A DNA stretch of 64,000 bases from Actinomycetes bacterium (GCA_023411615.1 JAEYOR010000010.1:92797-156796); one strand, 5' to 3'; shown: positions 30,167 through 38,196, counted from the first letter of the stretch. Program-made: numbers and translations. The notes: generated from the letters alone by a model not told the origin.

Positions 30167-31732
30167 TTACTGCGAACCCTCCGGGATGACGAGCATCCAC
30201 GGTGATCCGCCAGGAATCGCCGTGCCTGGCTTCTGGCCCTGGGTCCACCACTTGGCCTCATACGGCACGAGATCCACCTGCACGCGCGTGCCTGCCGTAT
30301 ACGCCTGATCCTTGTCCCACTGTGGGTACGTGTTCGCAGGCAACGTAGGCAGGGGCGCCGGACGGTCGCCAGGGAGCACCGGACCCACAAGCGTCCACGG
30401 CGAGTCCGCAGGGTTGGACACGGGGGTGTCGGGAGCGAAGCCGCTCGTCCAGTAGCGGGCCTCGTAGACATTGCGATGCCAGACCACCTTGGTGCCGCCC
30501 GGGTAGGCACCGTACGGCTCCCAAATCGGATATGGCGAGGTAGCCGGGTCATCGGTGAGGTCGGTGACGACGGCTTCCGTCTGACGAGCTGGAGCGGAAG
30601 GGGACGGGCTGATCTCTGCCGGTCTCACGACGTACGGAAGGTCGTGAGCGAGAACGTCGGCGAAAGAATGGGCCTCCTGATCGATGCCGCTGCAATGCGT
30701 CTGAACAACCGTCACGACTGTCGGCAATGGGCTCGCACACGTCGCATCGCGGTTGAGCGACCACATCGAGACAAGGCCAACGCCCTTATTGCGAGCGAAC
30801 TCATTGACTCGCTCGGCATCACCAATCGTGAACACCTCGGCTTGAACATCGTTCTGACCGATCATCGGTGTGATGCCGACGCGTTCCCAGGTCCGGGCAT
30901 CATCGAGGCTCACGCCGTGCCGTGAGAAGGCGCTCTGGACCTGCCCGTGCAGAGCAGTGGCCGCTTGAAGCACCACGTCCGAATACTGCTTTCCGGGTGT
31001 CACTCCCGAATTGAAGTCCATCGTCATGCCATTGACGCCTGTGAGGTCGACGCCGGCCTCCAGCATCTCGTCAACCACCGCTTCGCCGTCCGCCGTCAAG
31101 CCTGATGTCGCGACTGGCAACGTCACCCACACATCCAGCCGACCGTCATTGCTCTTCACCTGGTCCTGAACGGCCTTGATCGCTTGCGCACGCCGCACGG
31201 TTGCCTCACGGTCTGCGAGTGAGGCGCCTTCGATGTCGAGGTCAATGCTCGTCAGGTCGTAACGGTCGACCACGGCCAGGTACGCGTTGGCGAGTGCGTC
31301 GACATCCGTGCACGAGACTGCCAATTCGGTGCCGAGTTGACCGCCAAAGGAAACTCGAGCGCTCCCGCCCGTGGAGCGAAGTTGCTCGATTCGGCGATCC
31401 ACTTCAAGTTCTTCGCCCGCCGCGTCCAGCGTGTATGCGCCGCCCCACAACGGTTCGCAAGCGCTCGCCGGGTTCGCCACGATGAACGCCAAGATCACAT
31501 GCGACTGTGCCGGTCCAGAGGGCGTGCCAAAGGAGTACGTCGGCGTCACGGTGACGTCCACATATGCGGCGAAGGTCGAGGGGCCAGGCTTCGGTGGTCC
31601 CACGATGACATCGGCGAATGCGCGGTAGCCTCCCCACCCGATGCCTGTTGCACACACGAGCACGACAAGCACTCGCAGGAGCGAGACTCGCTTGCGTGGG
31701 GTGGAACTCTCGGCCGACGCCTTCTTGCTCAT
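30167..31732 (-). CDS. Membrane-anchored GH18 chitinase-like glycoside hydrolase with two C-terminal CBM5/12-like modules
   Basis: Single N-terminal TM segment (LLRVLVVLVCATGIGWGG). GH18 signature YDLTSIDLDIEG (D-x-D-x-E). The C-terminal repeats are YPIWEPYGAYPGGTKVVWHRNVYEARYWTSG and YPQWDKDQAYTAGTRVQVDLVPYEAKWWTQGQKPG. AGGAG lies 6 nt before the ATG. Confidence 0.8.
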   Translation of the reverse strand: MSKKASAESSTPRKRVSLLRVLVVLVCATGIGWGGYRAFADVIVGPPKPGPSTFAAYVDVTVTPTYSFGTPSGPAQSHVILAFIVANPASACEPLWGGAYTLDAAGEELEVDRRIEQLRSTGGSARVSFGGQLGTELAVSCTDVDALANAYLAVVDRYDLTSIDLDIEGASLADREATVRRAQAIKAVQDQVKSNDGRLDVWVTLPVATSGLTADGEAVVDEMLEAGVDLTGVNGMTMDFNSGVTPGKQYSDVVLQAATALHGQVQSAFSRHGVSLDDARTWERVGITPMIGQNDVQAEVFTIGDAERVNEFARNKGVGLVSMWSLNRDATCASPLPTVVTVVQTHCSGIDQEAHSFADVLAHDLPYVVRPAEISPSPSAPARQTEAVVTDLTDDPATSPYPIWEPYGAYPGGTKVVWHRNVYEARYWTSGFAPDTPVSNPADSPWTLVGPVLPGDRPAPLPTLPANTYPQWDKDQAYTAGTRVQVDLVPYEAKWWTQGQKPGTAIPGGSPWMLVIPEGSQ

Positions 31733-31811
31733 CGCTTACTCCTGGCCATGCTGCGCCGGGCATGCTCAACACGCACGGCTCCTGAAAAAGTGTCTGACGC
31801 GTCGGCCGCAT

Positions 31812-34238
31812 TCATGAGCGCACTCGCGATCGCGTGTCGCCGCGTCGAGGCGAAGGAGTCGTTGTCGCGGCAACGCTCGGCCCCACGCCCGGCTGACCCT
31901 CGTAGTCGGGGCCGAAGTACAGCACGGACTCCCAGTCGGGAGCGCCGCGGTCTGCCTCACCCTTGACGCGCTTGGGCTTGGCGGGCACCCGCACCCAGTT
32001 CCAGAATCCGAGGAACACGTCCGTGATCGAGGCTCGCACACCAATGAATGCGACGATCGCATAGGTGGTGAGCACACCGTTGAACAGTGCAAAGGCTCCA
32101 TTCGCCCAGTTCTCCTCACGGATGCAATAGGCAAGCGTGTAGAACGAGAACGCGGCAATGAGGTACGCGAAGAGCACATAGAGTGCCGGCGTCGCCGTAC
32201 GGTCCTTCACCTTGGGAGTGCGTGCGAACGCGATCTTTGACTTCGCGGCCGCTTGTTGGAGCGACTTCAACGTTCCTGCCAAGTTCACCGGCAGCAGGAT
32301 GAGATTGAAGGCGTAGACCCGAAAGACGTCGGACCTCTTGTATCCAAGCCTCCGGAAGTCAGCGGCCATCGCGAGGAAGTACGGCAGTGCGGCGGCCACG
32401 ATGATGGGGCTGAGCAGGCGGCTGTCGAACCAATAGCCGAGGAGAAAGAGCAAACCGAAACTGGCCCACGAGATCGACACCATGTAGTTGATGCGCAAAG
32501 CACTCGTCGAGCGGCGCACCCGCCGTCCCGCTTTGCGCTCGCGACGCATATAGCGAAGGAACTTCGGAGCAATGAGCAGGCCCCCGTTTGCCCAGCGCGC
32601 GCGCTGCACCACGAGCGAGCCGTAATCCGGCGGCGTTGCGCTGTAGCTGAGACGCTCGGGGTAGTTGTACAGGCTCCAGCCATTTTCCACGAGGTCAATA
32701 CTTGACTCGGTGTCCTCGATGACCGTGCGGTCTTGCACAAAACGGTGAACCGGCTGGCCCTTGACGTATGTCGTCTCGACGATGTCATTAAGCGCCACCT
32801 TGCGGATCACGGCGTTCGCACCCACCCAGAAGGTTGCATCGAAGTGGGTGAGGCCCTGGTGAAGGATGTGCTGGATGTCCGTTGTCGCACCCGCAATGCG
32901 CTCCAAACGTGTGTCGGCCCCGCGGAAGGCGGAGTAGGGCGTCTGGATGACAGCAATGCGTTCGTTCCCTGGCAACTCGAGTTGGTGGACGAGCCGCAGG
33001 CAATACTCGCGAAGCAATACCGAGTCCGCATCGAGGGTCAACAGATAGTCGCTGTCTGGGAACTCGATGACGCCGTCCCCTTGAGCATCGCCTGCGTCTC
33101 GCAACACACGGCCAAGGCGGGTGTCGACGGCGCGCTTGCGGCTGCCCATAAGGCCGATGTACGCATTGAGGTTCATCGCCTTGTTGGCGTCATGCGGCAA
33201 GTGCGCATACGCCTTTCGTTCGAAAGATGTGAGAGTGGCGTCGAAAGTCCACACAAGCCTCCTGCACAGTTGAGCTATGCGGGAGGCGGGAACCTGTGCA
33301 CCCTCATCGAGTGCGCCAAAGAGTGCCTGCGCCGTGGTCTCAAAGTCCTTCGCGAGAGCGATGTAGACCTCGTTGACAAAGAAGTCATCGGCGTGGTTGT
33401 AGCGCGGGTACGCATCGGCCTGGTCTCGAAGCCACTGTGCCGCCCACCGAAAGTCGAGAGCGAGACCGCGCACCTCGTCGGGCGAGCTGGCGCCACCGCG
33501 CGCCGCGGCCTCTTCATGGAGGCCGAGGGATGTGGCGAAGCGCTGATATGGCTCCCTCAGCAACGCCTCGATCTCGCCCGGAAGCGCACGACACCCCTCA
33601 AGGCTCTTGCGGGCCGCTTCCGTCTGTGGATTCTGAGGATCGTCGATCAGCAAGACGATGTGGATACCCGGGTACTCCTGGAGAGCCGCCGACATGAGTG
33701 TGGATCTCACCACGGATGGCTCTTCCGCATATGACGGTACGAGCACCGTCATTGATGGCCGCGCGTCGCCCATGTGCGCATCAATCTCAGCGCGCGGCAC
33801 CCGAACATGGCTCCTCGAACGGTAAAGCGCGCCTTGACGGGCGAGGAGGTACATGAGCGCCGACAACAGGAGCATGGTCATGATGCCCGCGTAGAGCGCA
33901 GTCTCGATCACGAGTCGGCTGTCGCTGAAGCCGTCATCGATGAACCGCGACAGTGTCACCTGGATGATGTAGGCCGCCCATGCAACGACCGTGACGGTCA
34001 TCGCAAGGCCGCCGAGCCAGGTCGCCGACGTTGCGGCCGGCTTCTCCTGCATCGGCAACGCAGGCCGCGGCTTCTCCGCACCCCATTGCCGACGCCGCCG
34101 CTTGGGCTGCTGTTGGGGTGTGCTTGTGATGGCCGAAGCCTTCAATGGCTCGGCCTGTGGTTGTGTGGCGGGGGTCGTCGCGACGTGTGGGTCGCTCTTC
34201 CCCCTCTCGCCCGTTGCGGCGAGGGTGTCGAACTCCAC
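31812..34238 (-). CDS. Processive family-2 glycosyltransferase (cellulose-synthase-like membrane beta-glycan synthase)
   Basis: 808 aa, GTG start with AGGAG 7 nt upstream, 2 N-terminal and about 5 C-terminal TM segments. Motifs by my own residue count: LLIDDP (199-200), HDANKAMNLN (353-358), TLDADS (403-405), FWVGANAVIRK, VIEDTE (508-510), QRARW (545-549). Confidence 0.85.
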   Translation of the reverse strand: MEFDTLAATGERGKSDPHVATTPATQPQAEPLKASAITSTPQQQPKRRRRQWGAEKPRPALPMQEKPAATSATWLGGLAMTVTVVAWAAYIIQVTLSRFIDDGFSDSRLVIETALYAGIMTMLLLSALMYLLARQGALYRSRSHVRVPRAEIDAHMGDARPSMTVLVPSYAEEPSVVRSTLMSAALQEYPGIHIVLLIDDPQNPQTEAARKSLEGCRALPGEIEALLREPYQRFATSLGLHEEAAARGGASSPDEVRGLALDFRWAAQWLRDQADAYPRYNHADDFFVNEVYIALAKDFETTAQALFGALDEGAQVPASRIAQLCRRLVWTFDATLTSFERKAYAHLPHDANKAMNLNAYIGLMGSRKRAVDTRLGRVLRDAGDAQGDGVIEFPDSDYLLTLDADSVLLREYCLRLVHQLELPGNERIAVIQTPYSAFRGADTRLERIAGATTDIQHILHQGLTHFDATFWVGANAVIRKVALNDIVETTYVKGQPVHRFVQDRTVIEDTESSIDLVENGWSLYNYPERLSYSATPPDYGSLVVQRARWANGGLLIAPKFLRYMRRERKAGRRVRRSTSALRINYMVSISWASFGLLFLLGYWFDSRLLSPIIVAAALPYFLAMAADFRRLGYKRSDVFRVYAFNLILLPVNLAGTLKSLQQAAAKSKIAFARTPKVKDRTATPALYVLFAYLIAAFSFYTLAYCIREENWANGAFALFNGVLTTYAIVAFIGVRASITDVFLGFWNWVRVPAKPKRVKGEADRGAPDWESVLYFGPDYEGQPGVGPSVAATTTPSPRRGDTRSRVRS

Positions 34239-34427
34239 CCCTGCACTCCTGTCGGTTACCCGTATGGCGGGACCGAGGTCCCCTCAGCTGAGACCACGCT
34301 CCTGATATGTGACGCGGCTCACATTGAGTCTATCGGCCACGTATGGGTGCCTTGGTACGAGTTTTTGCAACATGTCGGCATTTCACGCTCACGTTGCCGT
34401 GAAAATTGACCCGCGTTAACCAAATAT

Positions 34428-35915
34428 TTACGTGCCAGCAACCGGCGGGACGTCTCGCGGCGGATTCTTAGCCGCTCGTGCCATTTCGACGCCGCCCTTG
34501 CCCTGGTGCTTGATGGCATACATCGCCTCATCGGCTGCCCGCAGCAGCTCTGAGGGGCTGAAGTCACCGCTCCACGCAGCAGAGACACCCACACTCGCCC
34601 CAACGGTGAGGTCAAGATTGTTGACATTGATGGGGCGGCACACGTCGCCGAGGATCGTATGGGCGACTCCCTCCGCGTTGAGGGCCGGCTCTCCCACAAG
34701 CAGCACAGCGAACTCATCGCCACTCATGCGTACTCCAAGCGCATTGTGTCCAAAATCGCTCAACGCACGCGATATACGTTGGGCAGTCTCCACGAGCACG
34801 TGGTCGCCCGTGGCGTGGCCGTGACGATCATTCACCGTCTTGAAGTCATCGAGATCGACAAAGAGCAACGCGACACTGACGGGCACGTTCTCGTCATCCT
34901 CTTGCAGTTGTGCGAGGCGCTCCCATAGGAGCACACGGCCGGCAAGGCCGGTGAGGTGATCGTGAGTCGCCTGGTGTCGCAGCATTCGCTCGGTATGAGC
35001 GAGCTTGTCGACGAGAACAGCGTTCTCAAGCAAGGTCACGTGCTGACGCACCAAGAGAAGGATCACCATGCCACCCGCCGCGATCGCGACGGGCATGACG
35101 ACGCCGTGGTGCCTTTCGAATGCCATGGCCACGGCAGCCGGGGCGACGAAGATGTACGGCGCATAGACAAACCGTTGGCGCGTACTGATCACTTGCTTAC
35201 GTGCCGCGGTCCCCCGGTAGGCCATGGTGGCGAATATCCACAACAGCCACCCGACAGACCACAACGGCGTCTTGCCCCACGCATAGAGGACGTCCGAGAC
35301 TGCCAGTGAAACGAGGCCACCCGAAGACAGCAGCGGCATTGCTCGGTGGTGAGTGCGAAACTCCGTCACCGCGACGGCTGCGGCAAATAGCGCCACGCAC
35401 ACGGTGAGAAGTGGGATCACGAGGGCGAGCACGGCGTCGGCACCGTCACCACGGTATTTCCACACATCCTGCAAGACGAGCGTCCAGGTAACGACAAAGA
35501 GCGAACTCACTGCGATGCCGCCATCGACAGCCATCCGCACTCGTGACCAGACGTCGCCGGAATACGAGGCAAGCCACCACGCGGTTGCAGTGCATGCAAC
35601 CGCAGCAAGCCGGGCACACTCGGCCATCACGACGGGCACGTCGGCTATGAGGAGGATTGCGGCGACCGCCCACACAATGGCCGCAGCGCGCTGAAAGCGC
35701 CACGAGCGCAGACTGCGGGCGCGAGTTGCTCTCTTACTCGCGATGTGGAGTGCAACCGCAGTGCCCAGCGCCGCCATCCCATCAAGGATGAGTCCAAGCT
35801 TGTCAGGAAGTTCGAGGCGAACAGCGGCGAGGCCAAGCAGCGCCAAAGCGGCGACAATGGCGACGGCAACTCGCTTCACGTTGGGCGGCACATTCGAACC
35901 CTTCCGAATTGACAA
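34428..35915 (-). CDS. Multi-pass membrane diguanylate cyclase (GGDEF domain, SGDEF variant)
   Basis: About 8 TM segments followed by a GGDEF domain (LFVDLDDFKTVNDRHGHATGDHVL...RMSGDEFAVLL...SVGVS). The tracked start is TTG at 35915. A GTG at 35891, preceded by GGAAGGG, is the more likely start. Confidence 0.85.
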   Translation of the reverse strand: MSIRKGSNVPPNVKRVAVAIVAALALLGLAAVRLELPDKLGLILDGMAALGTAVALHIASKRATRARSLRSWRFQRAAAIVWAVAAILLIADVPVVMAECARLAAVACTATAWWLASYSGDVWSRVRMAVDGGIAVSSLFVVTWTLVLQDVWKYRGDGADAVLALVIPLLTVCVALFAAAVAVTEFRTHHRAMPLLSSGGLVSLAVSDVLYAWGKTPLWSVGWLLWIFATMAYRGTAARKQVISTRQRFVYAPYIFVAPAAVAMAFERHHGVVMPVAIAAGGMVILLLVRQHVTLLENAVLVDKLAHTERMLRHQATHDHLTGLAGRVLLWERLAQLQEDDENVPVSVALLFVDLDDFKTVNDRHGHATGDHVLVETAQRISRALSDFGHNALGVRMSGDEFAVLLVGEPALNAEGVAHTILGDVCRPINVNNLDLTVGASVGVSAAWSGDFSPSELLRAADEAMYAIKHQGKGGVEMARAAKNPPRDVPPVAGT

Positions 35916-35979
35916 TCGTCACCGGAGCCGCCGATATGAGAGGAGTCACCTGAGGTAGACAGGTGTTCGCCACGAAGTG

Positions 35980-36051
35980 TGGGCGATACTGGGATCGAAC
36001 CAGTGACCTCTTCCGTGTGAAGGAAGCGCGCTACCCCTGCGCCAATCGCCC
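35980..36051 (-). tRNA. tRNA-Val (anticodon CAC)
   Basis: Hand-folded cloverleaf: acceptor GGGCGAT/ATCGCCC, D-arm GCGC-AGGGGTA-GCGC, anticodon arm CTTCC-TTCACAC-GGAAG, T-arm ACTGG-TTCGATC-CCAGT. CCA is not encoded. Confidence 0.9.
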
Positions 36052-36092
36052 TGAAGCGTCCACCATCCTAGCGGGTGCTGGATGCTGACGTG

Positions 36093-36974
36093 TCACACGA
36101 GATGGCGCTGGCGCGGCGGCGCCGGATCGAGGTGAGCATCAGCTTGCTCTTCGAAAACCGCAGCAAGGCGGCTGAGCAGCGGACCGCGCCCCACCTTGAG
36201 CCCGTCAAGCGAGGCGACGTGCTGCACATTGCGAGTTGAGGACGTGACAGCAGCAAAAGCGTGACCTGCGATGACGTCGTCAAGCACAGACATCGGCAGT
36301 TCCGTGGGCGCGGCCACCCGCACGCGTATCCCTGCACGCGCCCCCCACTCGAGAGCGAGACCACGCGTGATCCCTGCGAGGCAGCCAGAGGACAGCGGCG
36401 GCGTCAGCACCTCGCCGCCCCTTTCAATGAAGACGTTGGTGCCGGTGCCCTCGCACAAGAAGCCGAATGTGTTCGACATCAGCGCCTCGTCCGCATCCCG
36501 CTTCGCGGCATATGTCGCCATCACCACGTTTTCGGCGTACGACGTGGACTTGACACCCGCGATCGCCGAACGTTCGTTGCGTTTCCACGGCGCACGCACT
36601 GCACGGCATTCCTGCGGAACGGTTGACGGGCCACCCCAGATGATGACGTTGGGAGCGTCCGTGCCGCGCACCGAGCTCATCGGTCCCGGACCTGAGACCA
36701 CCGTGATGCGGATGCGTTCGACACCGCCGGGGCGAGCCTCCATGACCGCCGCCACGCCTTCGCGCACGTAGGCCATGTCGAGGACGCTCATCCCCATGCG
36801 ATCCATTGAGTATTGAAGGCGAATGAGGTGGCGCGTCAGCGCAAATGCCTCCCCTTTGCGCACAGCAAGAGTCTCAAAAACGCCGTCGCCAACAGTGAGC
36901 CCATGGTTTTGGGCTGAAACGATGGGCTCGTCTGCGCCCTTGAGGGCTCCATCGACCCACAAGACAGCATTCAT
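36093..36974 (-). CDS. pabC: Class IV aminotransferase-fold protein, aminodeoxychorismate lyase-like
   Basis: 293 aa with HGLTVGDGVFETL...HL.RL, a class IV PLP enzyme pattern. Translationally coupled downstream of a chorismate-utilising enzyme. Confidence 0.75.
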   Translation of the reverse strand: MNAVLWVDGALKGADEPIVSAQNHGLTVGDGVFETLAVRKGEAFALTRHLIRLQYSMDRMGMSVLDMAYVREGVAAVMEARPGGVERIRITVVSGPGPMSSVRGTDAPNVIIWGGPSTVPQECRAVRAPWKRNERSAIAGVKSTSYAENVVMATYAAKRDADEALMSNTFGFLCEGTGTNVFIERGGEVLTPPLSSGCLAGITRGLALEWGARAGIRVRVAAPTELPMSVLDDVIAGHAFAAVTSSTRNVQHVASLDGLKVGRGPLLSRLAAVFEEQADAHLDPAPPRQRHLV

Positions 36975-38128
36975 GGGTTCATTGTGTCCATGGAAGCGAG
37001 CCCTATCAACCTGGCGGCTTTCAGCTCAGTCTCCTCCCACTCGGCCTGCGGGTCTGAACCCCACGTAATGCCCGCACCCGTGCCAAACCGCAAGGTGCCG
37101 CCGCCGGCGTCGTCCCACCAAAATGTGCGGATTCCCACGGCGAGTTCGGCTTGCTTGCGGTCCGCGTCTATCCAGCCGATCGCTCCGCAATACGGGCCGC
37201 GCGATACCGTCTCTTCCCGCGCGATGATGCGCAGCGCAGCCTCCTTTGGGGCGCCGCTCACCGAGCCCGGCGGGAATGTGCCGCCAAAGAGCGCTGGCCA
37301 CATATGCGGAGTCCATGTGTACCGCGCGGCAAGCTGTGCTGAAACTGTCGACTGCAAATGAACGAGCCCGGGGTGTTCGTGAAGCCCGAGAAGCTCCGGG
37401 ACGCTCACCGTTCCCGGTTCAGCCACGTGCGATAAGTCGTTTCGAATGAGGTCCGTGATCATCACATTCTCCGCCTCATCTTTGGCCAGCATGGCGACCC
37501 CCGGCGCCGCGGTGCCTTTGATGGGAGATGACGACACGCTGTTGCCATCGACGCGGAGGTAGAGCTCAGGCGACGCGGAAACCACCCAGGTGCCAGGCAT
37601 ATGGTGCCGCCGCGCAATCTGGATGCGCGAGGCAAAGCGGGCGGGATTTCCGTTCGCGAGCACATGAGACAGGGCCGTGGCGTCGGGGCCTGCCGGCCCC
37701 GCAGGAAGAGGGGCCGCAAGTATTCGGCATAAGTTCACCTGATAGACGTCGCCTTCACGGATGTCTCGCCGGATGGCCTCGACCCCCGCGACGTACTCGT
37801 CGCGATCAAGGGAACTGCGCCACGAGGCCTTCTTCGGACCGTCCCACCGCCCCGCTTCAGCTCGACTCTCCGCTTGCGCCTCGCTGTACTCAACGTCGGC
37901 AAATCGCCACGCATCAATCGCGCCGTCAAAGCGCGCGACCACCACCCAGAAGCCCTCGGCCCCCAGTCGTCCGCCGGCTGTCCGCGCGTCGATATGGTCG
38001 ATCACGCCACGAGCACGCACGCCGCGAAATGCGGCCTCGCCGTCCCAAAGCGGCATCCGATCGGGCGTCATGGCGCCCAACCTAATGCCTGCCGCCTCGG
38101 GGCTCTTGCGTCGCTGAGATTCACGCAT
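36971..38128 (-). CDS. pabB: Aminodeoxychorismate synthase component I (short chorismate-binding enzyme)
   Basis: 385 aa with a chorismate-binding core (GDVYQVNL...SPELYL...IKGT...ENVMI.DL.RND...PPGSVSGAPK...E...RG.Y.G..G). The start could instead be the internal ATG at 38071. Confidence 0.8.
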   Translation of the reverse strand: MRESQRRKSPEAAGIRLGAMTPDRMPLWDGEAAFRGVRARGVIDHIDARTAGGRLGAEGFWVVVARFDGAIDAWRFADVEYSEAQAESRAEAGRWDGPKKASWRSSLDRDEYVAGVEAIRRDIREGDVYQVNLCRILAAPLPAGPAGPDATALSHVLANGNPARFASRIQIARRHHMPGTWVVSASPELYLRVDGNSVSSSPIKGTAAPGVAMLAKDEAENVMITDLIRNDLSHVAEPGTVSVPELLGLHEHPGLVHLQSTVSAQLAARYTWTPHMWPALFGGTFPPGSVSGAPKEAALRIIAREETVSRGPYCGAIGWIDADRKQAELAVGIRTFWWDDAGGGTLRFGTGAGITWGSDPQAEWEETELKAARLIGLASMDTMNP

Positions 38129-38134
38129 GTTGAT

Positions 38135-38164
38135 TTGGACGCGGGCCTCGCCATGGGCTAGAGT
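38135..38164 (+). promoter_or_regulatory. Candidate promoter of the tRNA Gly-Cys-Val operon
   Basis: TTGGAC (38135-38140), an 18-nt spacer, then TAGAGT (38159-38164), about 33 nt upstream of tRNA-Gly. Confidence 0.4.
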
Positions 38165-38196
38165 CTCTTCTCGCTCGGGAACAACGTTTCCGGTGC

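Noticed and set aside
30118-30552. N-terminal 145-codon extension of the dgt ORF
   Set aside because: The extension overlaps the 3' end of the GH18 gene, is Arg-rich and is not conserved-looking. The dGTPase-like sequence begins at the internal ATG at 30117.
31812-32600. PilZ domain at the C-terminus of the GT2 synthase
   Set aside because: The Arg-rich stretch RRERKAGRRVRR follows QRARW, but there is no downstream D/NxSxxG motif and no room for a beta-barrel domain. The tail after the last TM segment is about 60 residues of low-complexity sequence.
32733-33734. 333-aa plus-strand ORF inside the GT2 gene
   Set aside because: It is antisense to the GT2 catalytic domain, where all glycosyltransferase motifs read cleanly on the minus strand.
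34239-34427. c-di-GMP riboswitch (GEMM-type) in the GT2 leader
   Set aside because: I could not find the conserved GEMM-I/II sequence features or the characteristic paired tetraloop-receptor hairpins. Only short generic palindromes are present. An Rfam scan would be decisive.
30167-36051. Genomic island integrated at the 3' end of tRNA-Val(CAC)
   Set aside because: There is no integrase, recombinase or other mobility gene. I found no direct repeat of the tRNA 3' end (GGTTCGATCCCAGTATCGCCCA or its complement) at 28.5, 30.1 or 31.8 kb. Codon usage of the three genes does not look foreign by eye. The location is suggestive, but mobility is unsupported.
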